DNA of 60,335 nt from a virus (lineage: Duplodnaviria > Caudoviricetes): IMG/VR virus record IMGVR_UViG_3300047553_000096, positions 1 to 60,335 of that record. The stretch is one strand, 5' to 3'. Below the pieces are notes generated by a model. It had not been told where the DNA came from, did not search any database, and worked only from the letters and a program-made list of their open reading frames with translations. Positions 43,056-53,404 of this stretch are shown one piece after another (within the stretch, counting starts at the first letter, position 1; every line of letters begins with the position of its first letter). Both the position numbers and the translations under genes were made by a program.

Positions 43056-44503
43056 CTCAAGCCCTGCGGGACAATCGTGACATCCAAACCTACAGCAGAT
43101 GACCAGACACCGGAAGGAATGGTTTTAAGTCGATGATAGGTTCCGGCAGACCTTAATCCAATCCGATTGTCGTCATTGGCCGAGTAGGTCGAGCCGGTAA
43201 AGTCGGTTTGTTGGTTGAGTCTGCGTCTTGAGTTGATCTGGACCGAGCAAGAACCGCCATCAATAACCGGCCTAACCAAGGTAATAACGCTTGGCGTGTC
43301 GTTGAGCGAGAGATCAGGTGTGACGATGTTTGCTGTCAGGTTGGAACCCGAAAAGGCAACGATCTTGGTCCCTAACGTACCCGTCAAGAGGGTAGATGTA
43401 ACCGTATATCCAAAGGAATCAAGGCTTGCAGGGAGCGTCTCAAGGCTTCCGTAAGCATCCAGTTGCTCTAAGGTAAGGCCGGACGAGGAAGTAGTGGTAA
43501 TTGCGGTAGATGAGGCTATTGTGTCTACATTCACCTCACCGTAAGACCATTTATTGAGGTTGAAATTGTAGATTAAGACAAAAGTTGACTGATCGACCGT
43601 CTTAAACGCCCAGATCACGAGGTTCTTAAGCGGGTCTACCGCAGCCGACATTGAGGAAAGCTGCGATATATCGACGTTATTGAAGAACCATCTGTCCACC
43701 TTCTCGACAGAAATGGACTCGACCGCTTGACCATTACACCTGTAAAACCCGTCATCAGACAAAAAGAACGACATCCCTGCGTACTGGATGATCGAGTTGG
43801 GCTCCATACACCCCAAACCCCTAGAGATCGTGTCGAATTGGAATACAAGAGGGCTTCCAACGTATGACATCCTGACCACAGCACGATCCATAAACACAAT
43901 GCCGTATTCGCCTCCGGTCAATCCCTTGACATGACCACCGTCTGGGATGTCCTGATAGTCCGCTTGGGTCGTTGCGGCAGGAGTCCAGCTTGTCTCGTCA
44001 CCTAACGCGCACCATTCAACACGGTTAGGGTAGACCGTTGAGCCATTGTTAAAGCCAGCAACGACAAAGTCCCTCACGGTCGTTACATACCGAGATTTAG
44101 GAGCAGCGGCACCAAGGTCCGCAAACAAGGTCGACGTTCCCATGAGGTAGCCCTGGAGTCTGTCGCCTCCATTAGCCGCAATCACTCGGTTGCCAAACTG
44201 CGTAAATCGCCACTTCTGATCTGATGGGGTTGTATACCCACCGGACTTAGAAACATCAGAAAGATTCAGGTTCGTGCCTAACTTGAAGAGTTTTGTCTCG
44301 CCACCCGCAAAGACCGTGACCGCTTCGTCAGGAGCCGCCGCAGCAACCACCGAATTAAGCGACTCTGAAGCCGCATTGCTCCATTCACTAGGCGAAGGTA
44401 GAGGACCATATCCAACCTGCTGAGGGATAACGTTCTTAGCGTCTACAAGGGCTCCAGCAACACCAGGCTGATCTGGGAGCCACTCGCCGAAGTTCACTCT
44501 CAT
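43052..44503 (-). CDS. Tail nozzle / DNA stabilisation protein
   Basis: Homolog of 9128-10579. Confidence 0.65.
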   Translation of the reverse strand: MRVNFGEWLPDQPGVAGALVDAKNVIPQQVGYGPLPSPSEWSNAASESLNSVVAAAAPDEAVTVFAGGETKLFKLGTNLNLSDVSKSGGYTTPSDQKWRFTQFGNRVIAANGGDRLQGYLMGTSTLFADLGAAAPKSRYVTTVRDFVVAGFNNGSTVYPNRVEWCALGDETSWTPAATTQADYQDIPDGGHVKGLTGGEYGIVFMDRAVVRMSYVGSPLVFQFDTISRGLGCMEPNSIIQYAGMSFFLSDDGFYRCNGQAVESISVEKVDRWFFNNVDISQLSSMSAAVDPLKNLVIWAFKTVDQSTFVLIYNFNLNKWSYGEVNVDTIASSTAITTTSSSGLTLEQLDAYGSLETLPASLDSFGYTVTSTLLTGTLGTKIVAFSGSNLTANIVTPDLSLNDTPSVITLVRPVIDGGSCSVQINSRRRLNQQTDFTGSTYSANDDNRIGLRSAGTYHRLKTIPSGVWSSAVGLDVTIVPQGLR

Positions 44504-45129
44504 CGCTTGGTTACCATCATCGTGAGAGGAACGCCCGAATACTGAGACTCTTCGTCAGACCTCGTGAGAGACGCAACCGCACGATCATACAAAGCACCCC
44601 AGGTCTGCAACCGAGGATCGTTCATAAGATAGGGTTCAGCCTCTCCTAACGCTCCATACAAGACCGCGTCAGGACAATTGGCTAGAAAGACGTTCGATGT
44701 GTTGGAAGTCGAGAGAAAGTCAGGTGCGGCGTAGTACAAAATCTTAATCGTGTAATTGCTGTCAGGAATTGGCGCAAACTGAATTGTCGAGCCGAGGATC
44801 GTGTAGAAAGCCGGTACACCACTCTCGTTCGTCCTGCCATTTCTGATGAACGTACTTGGCGTTGAGTATGTGATCGGGAAGTCGGGATCAGAATCAACGT
44901 ACACATCCCTTGCTTGCAAGAAGTCGCTAGGGAGGCTAATCGTAGCGACCCCACCTGTTGCCGCTGTCGATGTTTGTGTAAGCATCTGCCGCAGGCGTAA
45001 ATCTCGACGAAGCCGTATTTCGGCAAGCTGGATGAAGTCTGGGATCGCGGCAGTAAGATCATCTCGTGAGAGATAATTAGCTATCGTCGTTTGCAGTGCG
45101 CTGTAAGTGTTTAGGGCCATATTCGACAT
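44500..45129 (-). CDS. Head-tail adaptor protein
   Basis: Homolog of 10576-11205. Confidence 0.7.
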   Translation of the reverse strand: MSNMALNTYSALQTTIANYLSRDDLTAAIPDFIQLAEIRLRRDLRLRQMLTQTSTAATGGVATISLPSDFLQARDVYVDSDPDFPITYSTPSTFIRNGRTNESGVPAFYTILGSTIQFAPIPDSNYTIKILYYAAPDFLSTSNTSNVFLANCPDAVLYGALGEAEPYLMNDPRLQTWGALYDRAVASLTRSDEESQYSGVPLTMMVTKR

Positions 45130-45742
45130 CGCTCCATCGATATTCGTGCGTCCCTATGTGTCCTATCTCAAGACTCAATTCGTGATCCACGAACGTCTGA
45201 ATACCGTGATCTAAGGCTTTCACGCAAAAATGCACATCTTCGCCAATTAGACCACCCGCCCCCCATACTACATCAAACCAGGGTTGGGGCATAGCGTCAA
45301 ACACAGACTTGTGGGTTAAGACAACCCCAAAACCTACAGCAGTCACAGCCTCGATACCCTTCTTCCCCCGACTCTCGATCTTCTCAAAGATCTCCTTGTC
45401 TTGGTGAAAGTTTATGGCCGTGGGTAACACAGGCTTTCGCCTCGTGACCGCATTGACCCCGACGATTTGTTTTCCGTGAGCTAATAGACGTTCTAAGGTA
45501 TTTTTGGGGAATCTCATGTCTGAGTCCACCCAGAGGATGTACTCCGCACCATCCGCCAATGCTTCTTTCGCTAAGGACTCGCGTTGAGAGAAGATGAGCG
45601 TACCTGGTGCTGTGTAGAGCAACAAAGCCCCACCGTGTTTACCAACCCGATTCGCTCCGTCATACGCAGCCAATCGAGCCATATCGAAAGACGTTCCCGT
45701 CATCATCGTGTCCCGACATGGGACGCAAAAAGCGACTTTCAT
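45077..45742 (-). CDS. GT-A fold glycosyltransferase-like protein
   Basis: Homolog of 11153-11818; WVDSDM. Confidence 0.7.
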   Translation of the reverse strand: MKVAFCVPCRDTMMTGTSFDMARLAAYDGANRVGKHGGALLLYTAPGTLIFSQRESLAKEALADGAEYILWVDSDMRFPKNTLERLLAHGKQIVGVNAVTRRKPVLPTAINFHQDKEIFEKIESRGKKGIEAVTAVGFGVVLTHKSVFDAMPQPWFDVVWGAGGLIGEDVHFCVKALDHGIQTFVDHELSLEIGHIGTHEYRWSDVEYGPKHLQRTANDDS

Positions 45743-46026
45743 ACTTTACCTGGCCTCGTCCTGAAGTGTCTGTTCTCTGGGTCGTTCATCCACGCCCTGA
45801 ATCTTTTTTCGTCGATCACCGCAAACCCTCGCATGATGCCCTTGGCATTGAGGTCATCAACAACAACAAAGGGAAGCTGTGCGTAACGTGTCCACTCTCC
45901 CCATCGCTCACGCTCGTCTGTGGCGTTATACAGGGCTTTATTCTGCTCGACGATGTCAGTTATCTCTTGCGTTCTCTGGAACACAAACTGATCGTCGGTA
46001 GCGTGGAATGTAGTTTTAGCGTTCAT
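45739..46026 (-). CDS. Conserved hypothetical protein
   Basis: Homolog of 11815-12099. Confidence 0.75.
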   Translation of the reverse strand: MNAKTTFHATDDQFVFQRTQEITDIVEQNKALYNATDERERWGEWTRYAQLPFVVVDDLNAKGIMRGFAVIDEKRFRAWMNDPENRHFRTRPGKV

Positions 46027-46061
46027 AAAAAAAGGGAGGTTGTTACGCCTCCCTTCTTTTT
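46027..46061 (-). terminator. Rho-independent terminator after the capsid gene
   Basis: GGGAGG-cgtaacaa-CCTCCC-T7. Confidence 0.7.
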
Positions 46062-46076
46062 ACCACAGTTTATAAC

Positions 46077-47033
46077 TTAGGCAGTCTTCAGATCCGCGAG
46101 GATACCGTGGGCTGCTTCGTTACGCATTTCCATCGTGAACTCAGCAAGAATCTGGGTCTTCTCAGAGTCACCAGTTTTTGCAAGCTCGTTCGTCTGGAAC
46201 GGACGCAGATAACCAATCGCTGCGTACTCAGGGTCAAGGATGAACGCATCACGGCTACGGACGAAACGATCAGGTACAACAGAGATCGAGCCGAAGTCGC
46301 TCAGATAAACGTCAGCCGCGCCAATGATGGTCGTGGGAGCGTTATCGGGAGCCATGTAGCGCTGTGCTGCGATACCAGCAAAGGCAGACACCGTCTGCTT
46401 AAGAGCAGGGCCAACCACGAGGATCTTAGGACTGCCGCCAGAGGTATAAACCTGCTGAACGCCATCCTTGAGGATTGCCTCGGTGAAGGTACGGGTCGTA
46501 CCATCGCTACGGGTCGAAACACCGATGGTGGTGGGGTTAGCACCGTCCGAGGTGTTGTAGTTCGAGTTGGTCTTGAGCCAAGACAACAACGAACCCATCT
46601 TGCGAGCCGTTGACGAGTTACCAGCAGAACGTCCCTGGTTAGCAGAAATGATTGTCTCTTGGTCACGCTTGAGCTCTTGCGAAGCCTTAGAAAGCTGGTA
46701 AGCCTTCTCTGCGCGGCGACCTGCGAGATCAACAGCCATCATCGTGCCTGATACCTGGATCGTCTTAGCAACGATCTGTGTGTAGTTACCAAGGCGAGTC
46801 GTTGGGCTGATGGTTGCAGCCGTTGCATCGTCACCTTCAACCTGAGCGTTGTTGGTGGTTGCTGCTGCGAGGGTATCCGTCTGCCACTCGTGGTAAACAG
46901 CGGTTGCCTTTGTGCGAGCAAGCGACGAAAGGATAGGGGTTTCTGTGGGGCTGATGTTGTAGATGACATCAGTCAAGTCTTCACGCTGGCCTACAGCCGT
47001 GAAGGTCTGGAATGTACCTGAAGGAACAGTCAT
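46077..47033 (-). CDS. Major capsid protein (copy 2)
   Basis: 312 of 318 aa identical to 12148-13104. Confidence 0.85.
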   Translation of the reverse strand: MTVPSGTFQTFTAVGQREDLTDVIYNISPTETPILSSLARTKATAVYHEWQTDTLAAATTNNAQVEGDDATAATISPTTRLGNYTQIVAKTIQVSGTMMAVDLAGRRAEKAYQLSKASQELKRDQETIISANQGRSAGNSSTARKMGSLLSWLKTNSNYNTSDGANPTTIGVSTRSDGTTRTFTEAILKDGVQQVYTSGGSPKILVVGPALKQTVSAFAGIAAQRYMAPDNAPTTIIGAADVYLSDFGSISVVPDRFVRSRDAFILDPEYAAIGYLRPFQTNELAKTGDSEKTQILAEFTMEMRNEAAHGILADLKTA

Positions 47034-47047
47034 TTCTAACTCCTAAA

Positions 47048-47983
47048 TCATAAGAATCGTTCAAATACTCTGGCAGCGTCTTGACGAGATCCCGTCTTTC
47101 TCAGCCGCGCAAAGTCCTGTTTTGCAGCTTCTGTGGCTATGGTCTTACCTGTCGCGTTCCCAGACCTAAGCATCTTGGGAGCCTCGGCAACCTTCTTGGT
47201 CACACCAGGCTTGGCCTTTTGCAGTTTCTGGTACTGGCTCGCCATCCACAATGTCAACACAGCACGAGAGTCTGTTGCATTTGCCAGTTCAGCGTCCGAA
47301 TACCCGATGGACTTGGCAAAGCTCCGAAGTTCAGACCGTACTTTCTCACCCTTCTCAGGATGTGCATACTCAGGAATTGCCTCGGCAACCCTTTTAGCTT
47401 CCTCAACAAGACGCTTCTCCATCACCGCTTCGTGCTCGGCCTGTTGCTCTCTAGCAATGCGTTGCTGTTCAGCGCGTAATTGAGATAACTGCTTTTCTTG
47501 CTGCGTACGTTCTGCAACCTTGACTGCATAAGCAATCGGATCGGTTTCCTTCAGACTTTCAATATCCTCACCCTGCATCTGCTGTGACAGGAAGTTATCC
47601 ATCACCTTCAAACGCTCTGAGTAAGCATCTCTCGCCTGCTTTGCTTGCTCGATTGCAGCTTTCTCGGCCTCGACCGTTTTTCTCTGCTCGGCAAGCTGAT
47701 TAGTCTTTTTGTGGTAATCCGTACCCTTTTGGTAGCCTTCGATCAGTTCTTGGAGGGTCACCTCGCGTTCTTCGCCTGCTGCTTTTACGACAAAACGCTG
47801 TTCCTCCTCTTGAACTTCCTCTCCAGACTCCTCTGGCTCAGATTCACTGGCAACAAGCTCTTGCTCGTCTGGTTGGTCTTGAACTTGCTCCTGCGGAGGT
47901 TCGCCGCCACCCATCATCCCTAAGAACGCATTTGCTGCCTGTCCCACTGTCAAGCTAGTCCCTTGCGGGTTGCTGCCTTCCAT
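47048..47983 (-). CDS. Capsid scaffolding protein
   Basis: Homolog of 13118-14053. Confidence 0.8.
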   Translation of the reverse strand: MEGSNPQGTSLTVGQAANAFLGMMGGGEPPQEQVQDQPDEQELVASESEPEESGEEVQEEEQRFVVKAAGEEREVTLQELIEGYQKGTDYHKKTNQLAEQRKTVEAEKAAIEQAKQARDAYSERLKVMDNFLSQQMQGEDIESLKETDPIAYAVKVAERTQQEKQLSQLRAEQQRIAREQQAEHEAVMEKRLVEEAKRVAEAIPEYAHPEKGEKVRSELRSFAKSIGYSDAELANATDSRAVLTLWMASQYQKLQKAKPGVTKKVAEAPKMLRSGNATGKTIATEAAKQDFARLRKTGSRQDAARVFERFL

Positions 47984-47997
47984 AAACTAACCTCAAT

Positions 47998-48228
47998 TCA
48001 AAATATACGAAACCGTTTTTTCACCATCTCGCCTTCGGCGGCAATAGCTTCCAAACGGGCTTTTACCTGATTGACTGCCCGAATCGACCCGTAAGCCTCT
48101 TCGCGTTTGTCAATCTCATCAGGATTGCTGTTGATGATACGCAAGATGTTGTCTTTTTCCAACTCAGCAAAGACTTCTTGCAGAAACTCATCGCCAAGTA
48201 AAGCCTTGGCTCGCTCCCATTTCGTCAT
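47998..48228 (-). CDS. Conserved small protein
   Basis: Homolog of 14064-14300. Confidence 0.7.
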   Translation of the reverse strand: MTKWERAKALLGDEFLQEVFAELEKDNILRIINSNPDEIDKREEAYGSIRAVNQVKARLEAIAAEGEMVKKRFRIF

Positions 48229-49841
48229 AAGAGACTCTTAACCTTGTCTTTAGGTAACCGTGATTCGTTGAGCGCTTTCAAGAAATCCTCACCGTATTTG
48301 TTGACCGCTTTCTTGCGGATGACGTACTCACCGACCTGGAGACTTCCGTAACCATCATCTGGAGTCGGAGGATTTGGGCCTAGCAGACCCTTTACTTTGC
48401 CGCCCTTCTCGTAAGCAATCTTCTCTTTGGTTATCTTGCCGCCTTTGTAACTTGCTTGCTGCAACTGATCTTGAACCGACTCGCCGCCATAGGTTGCTCC
48501 GGTCTGCGCCTCATAACTTTGTTGCAGTGCTGCTTTATCGAAGATACCAGGCGTAAACAAGGGTTTGGTTCCCGTGACAGCAGGAACGCCAAACTCTAAG
48601 GACTGAGGTAACAAACGGGTATAACCTGCCGCCCCTGACTTAAACATAAACGGGGCTTGCTGTGTTGGGCCTGCGCCGTAAAAGAAGTCGGTTGTAGGGG
48701 CTTTTAGTGAAGTTGTACCGCCGCCAACAGTAAACGGCACAAAGTTAGCGGTCGGTATTTGCACACCACTTAATGCCGCGTCAATCACGCTTGCAGGGAC
48801 GTTCTGCGACATTGCGTACTGCCTGACCATCTGAGCAGATACGTTGGGATTGTCTTTAAAAAGATTCTGTATATACGGAATCATCTCTGCGCTTGTGTAC
48901 GCAGACAGAGGCTTGGTGTTGTTTACAGGTTGATTGACGGCGGGTTGTTGTACGACGGGAGCCTTTGGGAAGTTAAGGCTTGCAACCAACGCAGCCATTT
49001 GGCTATCAGGAACACCTTGTTGTCCTGCAAACACTCTGAACTCATCAGGTGTAATGTACTTGCCAGCCGCCTGCTGTTGCGCGATAAGGTTCTGAGCAAA
49101 CGGAACCATCTCGGTAAACGTATAATCGGCCATCGTCTTAGGAACAATGTTCCCAGAAGCGTCTAGCTTCTGCCATGACTGTAGAGTTGGTGCTGTCACG
49201 GTAGACCCCTGATTAACTGTTTGGTTTACGGTCTGATTTACTGTCTGATTGTTTGCTCCCTGATTGACTGGCTGTGAGATTGTGTTAACGACATCCGTTA
49301 CGGTCAACGGCTTGATTGCGTCATCAACAGCCTTCAGCAGATTTGCATCAGTTACGCCCAAAGCCTTTAGTTTGTCGCTTCCAAACTTGTTAGAAACGTA
49401 CCAGTCAAACTGCTGTTGAGGTGTCATCACAAACCACGATGAAGGCAAGTTGATGCCTATGGCTTGCGCGTCTGTGCGTAGCTTTTGCTGCGCGTTTATT
49501 GCTGTTTGATAGTTGTTTTTATCGGATTCACTGCTGAACGTAGTGCCATCCGTTGCCGTGTATACCGGAGGAGGCTGGTAAACCGGAGGAGGCTCATATG
49601 CTGGAGGCGGCGGCTCTTCTTGCGGTGGCGGAGCAAAAACATCCGACACGGCAGACCTAGCCACATCAGGACTAAAACCTAACATATTTGTTAGGCCAAA
49701 GTACAAAAGGGTGTCGGGGTTTGTGTTGGAGATTAGACCTTGATTGAGAAGGTACTGAACGTCTGCGCTATTAGGGTTTGAGAAGTATTGATCGACAAAC
49801 GCCCTAAGCTGATCGGTTGTATATCCGTTGTATGTAGCCAT
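48225..49841 (-). CDS. Portal-adjacent repeat protein, 538 aa
   Basis: C-terminal region homologous to 14297-16399; N-terminal modules differ. Confidence 0.75.
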   Translation of the reverse strand: MATYNGYTTDQLRAFVDQYFSNPNSADVQYLLNQGLISNTNPDTLLYFGLTNMLGFSPDVARSAVSDVFAPPPQEEPPPPAYEPPPVYQPPPVYTATDGTTFSSESDKNNYQTAINAQQKLRTDAQAIGINLPSSWFVMTPQQQFDWYVSNKFGSDKLKALGVTDANLLKAVDDAIKPLTVTDVVNTISQPVNQGANNQTVNQTVNQTVNQGSTVTAPTLQSWQKLDASGNIVPKTMADYTFTEMVPFAQNLIAQQQAAGKYITPDEFRVFAGQQGVPDSQMAALVASLNFPKAPVVQQPAVNQPVNNTKPLSAYTSAEMIPYIQNLFKDNPNVSAQMVRQYAMSQNVPASVIDAALSGVQIPTANFVPFTVGGGTTSLKAPTTDFFYGAGPTQQAPFMFKSGAAGYTRLLPQSLEFGVPAVTGTKPLFTPGIFDKAALQQSYEAQTGATYGGESVQDQLQQASYKGGKITKEKIAYEKGGKVKGLLGPNPPTPDDGYGSLQVGEYVIRKKAVNKYGEDFLKALNESRLPKDKVKSLL

Positions 49842-49844
49842 GAT

Positions 49845-51812
49845 TTACCCTGGTATCTCGACGTTGCCAGTTATACCTGCCCCGACCTTCATCGCCTTCA
49901 TCTGCGCTTCTGCCTCAAACTCCATGCGTTTGAGTTCTAGCTCGGCTAAAGCCTTCTCTCTTGCAAGCTGAATATCGGCCATAGCCTTTTGACGCTTAAT
50001 CTCGATGTCTGCTTGAGCCTGCGCCATCATCATCTGAATAGCAGGATCTGGGCCTTGTTGTTGAGGTTGTGCAAGTGCAGCATCAATCTCTGGGCCTACA
50101 GGCTTGAAGAACTCTGCTGAATCTGGGAACCCTGCTGCCTCAATCAACTTTCCTAATACTGATCTGTACTGCGAGACACTCACCAAAGGATTGTTCGGGC
50201 CGTACGCTTGAATGATCTGCTCTTGTTTTGACAGAACCATCGAGAGCATTGCCATCTTTTGTTCCATGCTCCCCGTACCAAGTCCGACATTCACTGACAC
50301 ATCGTACTGGTTCGACCACTCTCTTGGGTCGTATTGGACGTACTGCCCACGCATCCGCAGGATGACTGCCTTGTCCTGATACTTGCATAAGAGATGTAAG
50401 AGTCCTTTGAACAAGTCTTTTACGCCTGTTTCAGCAAAAACACGAGCGATAAGTTCGATCTTGCCCTGTGATGCTTGTGTGAGCGCAGCAATCGCCGCAG
50501 CAGTCACGTTCTGCAAGATGTTGGGGTCTAAACCCTGGGAAGCCTCTGTGAGACCCGTTCTCTTGGCTTGAACCTGGTCTAAGTATTCAAGAAGCGGAAA
50601 GGCTTGCTGGCCGACAGGAGGCGTTTGTATCGGGACTAGAGCGGCAGGATTCTTGAGTCTGACCACACCACCAGGCGTAACGCTTAAGAGGTCGTCTAGG
50701 TTGACCTGACCTTCAACAGCACCCATGCGGGTATTGTTCTGCAGGTACATGTTATCAAGCATCTGCCTCGTTACAGTAGTCTTGATAAGCTGGAGATCGA
50801 CTGTACGATCAGCAGGACAATCCCCAAAAAAGCGATGAGGTATCGGAATAGGGCAAATAGAGTAGAACGGAACGTAGTCGGTTTCTTCATTTGCAAGTAT
50901 CTCGTTCCCAGAGAAGTAAACCTGCCTTAGCTCCGCAATCCCATCACCATCGTAATCAGTCTTTAGGTAGCACTCAAACACCTCAACCGTCTGCATCGAC
51001 TTATCGAGACTAGGCTCCATGAAGGGCTGCTCGTCTCGGTTGTATCTTGCAATGTACTCAGCAGAGAACTCAAGGTCGTTGTATACCGGCAGGTTCATGA
51101 TGATCTCGGCATCGAACCCCATCGCAATTAGATCTGACCTCGTGATGAGCTTTCTGTGCGCGACGAACGGTGTGTCTCTTACGGTCTTGCCTGCCTTAGA
51201 GATCAGGAACTCCTCTGGAGGCACATTCTCGACCTTGACCCTGCCTGCCTTGGTCTTTCTCATCAGAGCCACGTTATGGACACGCATGACTTGCCCGTCC
51301 ATCTCTTGCTCTATCGTCTCTTGACCTGCGATCTCCATCGTCCCATCAGACAAAAGCATCGCAAGTTCATCGTCGGTCAGGTTCGCGTATTGCTCCTTAT
51401 TGACCGAAATAGAGTCATCCCAGTAAGCCTTGACGATCCCGACCTTTTGAAGGATCGCGTCCTTAAACCAATCGTGCATGATTGCAATACCTGGGTTTTG
51501 CTTCATCAGCACCCAGTTGCAGTATTCGGTTGCCTGCTCTGCTAATGGCTCGTCGCCTGGTCCTACGGGCTCGAACACGCCGATCTGATCGGCAGAGGTA
51601 AACAAACGCATGAGAGGCGGCAGCATCCCGTCCACAGCCTCAGCAACCTCACCCGTAACAATCTGAGACCTGCCCTCAACCTCATTACCGTAAGGATCTC
51701 GCATGTACGCGGTAAGTGCGTTCTTACGTTGCTCGACGGTCTCTGTCTCTAAGAAACCAATGGCGTTGTCGATCTCGCCTTGTAGGATTGCTTTTAGCCG
51801 ACCATCATCCAT
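49845..51812 (-). CDS. Portal protein (copy 2)
   Basis: Homolog of 16402-18369, same length. Confidence 0.85.
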   Translation of the reverse strand: MDDGRLKAILQGEIDNAIGFLETETVEQRKNALTAYMRDPYGNEVEGRSQIVTGEVAEAVDGMLPPLMRLFTSADQIGVFEPVGPGDEPLAEQATEYCNWVLMKQNPGIAIMHDWFKDAILQKVGIVKAYWDDSISVNKEQYANLTDDELAMLLSDGTMEIAGQETIEQEMDGQVMRVHNVALMRKTKAGRVKVENVPPEEFLISKAGKTVRDTPFVAHRKLITRSDLIAMGFDAEIIMNLPVYNDLEFSAEYIARYNRDEQPFMEPSLDKSMQTVEVFECYLKTDYDGDGIAELRQVYFSGNEILANEETDYVPFYSICPIPIPHRFFGDCPADRTVDLQLIKTTVTRQMLDNMYLQNNTRMGAVEGQVNLDDLLSVTPGGVVRLKNPAALVPIQTPPVGQQAFPLLEYLDQVQAKRTGLTEASQGLDPNILQNVTAAAIAALTQASQGKIELIARVFAETGVKDLFKGLLHLLCKYQDKAVILRMRGQYVQYDPREWSNQYDVSVNVGLGTGSMEQKMAMLSMVLSKQEQIIQAYGPNNPLVSVSQYRSVLGKLIEAAGFPDSAEFFKPVGPEIDAALAQPQQQGPDPAIQMMMAQAQADIEIKRQKAMADIQLAREKALAELELKRMEFEAEAQMKAMKVGAGITGNVEIPG

Positions 51813-51813
51813 T

Positions 51814-53070
51814 TCAGACCACCCAAGATACGTTAGGTTTCAGAGGCTTGGACCAACTTGTTGTCTCATTCATCCCGACCGCTAAATACCGAAATGCGTC
51901 TGCTGCGTGAGATGCCCAATCGTGAAGAGGCTTGTCCCAATAGACTTGACGCTTATCATCGTATTGTCTCCGATAATTGCGTAGCGCGTCCACACCGCGC
52001 TTAGTCTTATGGTCGAACCAACAGTAAGGAATCAGCCTTCTCGCGGCCTGTATCCCGTCATCTACACCCATCCTTGGCACGATTGTGATGTTTAAGCCTG
52101 CTTCTTGTAGAAGTTCGAGCCTTGATCTGCCTGAGCCTAACTCTCTGACTTGTACGTCATGCGGAAGTAATTGCTCTGCAAGCTCGTAGTTGTTTGTCCT
52201 GAGCCAGTTCACATACCAATCCAAGCCTTGCCCGTGGTTCTCAACGAAGTCGATAAGCCTTGTTTCTAAGCCTACTCTCTGGCAGACCCAGATAGCAGTG
52301 GAGTCGCCTATCCCTAGATCCCATGCGCAATAAGTCTTGGCTATCCCGTCCCTTGGGATCTCTCCGAATCGCTCAGACGGTAGCTCATTGAGAAGCTGTC
52401 CGTAGTACGCACCTTCAATGGCTGAGTCAAAGGAACACTCAAACTCTTGCAGGTACTTGTCGTCTCCCATCTCTGATCGAGCAGCGTCGAGTTCAGATTG
52501 AGGGATAAGACCTGTCTCTGACGCTCTGAACTCAAGCATAGCCCAATCGTTATGCTCTGCTGCATGGTCTCTTAAGGTCTTGAAGTGATTTGCGCCTTTT
52601 GGGGTTCCGAGGAAGAGAGCCCATCCCATCCTATCGGACAAGGCTGGACGAACCACCTCCGACCAGATACGCGGGTCTTGATCGCCAAATTCGTCGAATA
52701 CAACCCCATCGAAATACTGTCCTCGCAGAGAGTCTGGGTTATCAGATCCTGCAAGCTGAATCCTTCTGCCCCAGAAATCAACCCTAAGCTCCGCAATATT
52801 GGCAGTGGCGTTAAGGGGCTGGGTAAATTTGAGGAGGTAATCCCAGATGACTCGCTTGGTCTGGGAATAGGTAGGCCCGATGTAAGCATATCGGGGAGCC
52901 TCGCGGTTATTTTGTATCGCCTCGCGTATAAGGTGATTAACCGCGGAGACCGACTTTCCTAATCTTCTGTGAGCCACTACAACAGCAAAACGCTTCTCTC
53001 CTAACGCGTCATGAATCCTTAGCTGCTGAGGCCTTGGCGCATAAGGAATAATTATTCTGGTTGCGCCCAT
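51814..53070 (-). CDS. terL: Terminase large subunit (copy 2)
   Basis: HRRLGKS, VVFDE, WDLG and HAADAFRY. Confidence 0.92.
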   Translation of the reverse strand: MGATRIIIPYAPRPQQLRIHDALGEKRFAVVVAHRRLGKSVSAVNHLIREAIQNNREAPRYAYIGPTYSQTKRVIWDYLLKFTQPLNATANIAELRVDFWGRRIQLAGSDNPDSLRGQYFDGVVFDEFGDQDPRIWSEVVRPALSDRMGWALFLGTPKGANHFKTLRDHAAEHNDWAMLEFRASETGLIPQSELDAARSEMGDDKYLQEFECSFDSAIEGAYYGQLLNELPSERFGEIPRDGIAKTYCAWDLGIGDSTAIWVCQRVGLETRLIDFVENHGQGLDWYVNWLRTNNYELAEQLLPHDVQVRELGSGRSRLELLQEAGLNITIVPRMGVDDGIQAARRLIPYCWFDHKTKRGVDALRNYRRQYDDKRQVYWDKPLHDWASHAADAFRYLAVGMNETTSWSKPLKPNVSWVV

Positions 53071-53387
53071 GAGATCTGCATTGCAACTGGTTGGCCATTC
53101 TCGCCTGTTATCTCGTGCTTAACGCTCTCATGCCATTTAGCCCTTGTCTTTAGCCAAAAGATCATCGCCGTGGTATTTCCTGACATGGCTTGTTGATAAA
53201 GGCTTTTCGCTACCGCGGCATTAGCATCCACGCGACCGTCATCAAGCTCTTTCTTGTAATACTTAACAAGCGTATCCGCGCTTAGGTCTACCTTTGCGGC
53301 AATATCCTCGTGACGAACGCCAACCGCGGCTAGCCCTCTGACTAGCTTTCTGTTCTCATCCGTTGGTTCATGCAACACGCCCTGCAT
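53052..53387 (-). CDS. terS: Terminase small subunit (type B, HTH)
   Basis: EDIA....S..TL.KYY..EL..GR and LYQ.A..GN.TAMIFWLK motifs; ends SWAQPE overlapping TerL. Confidence 0.7.
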   Translation of the reverse strand: MQGVLHEPTDENRKLVRGLAAVGVRHEDIAAKVDLSADTLVKYYKKELDDGRVDANAAVAKSLYQQAMSGNTTAMIFWLKTRAKWHESVKHEITGENGQPVAMQISWAQPE

Positions 53388-53404
53388 ATTTTTAACTCCG
53401 AAAG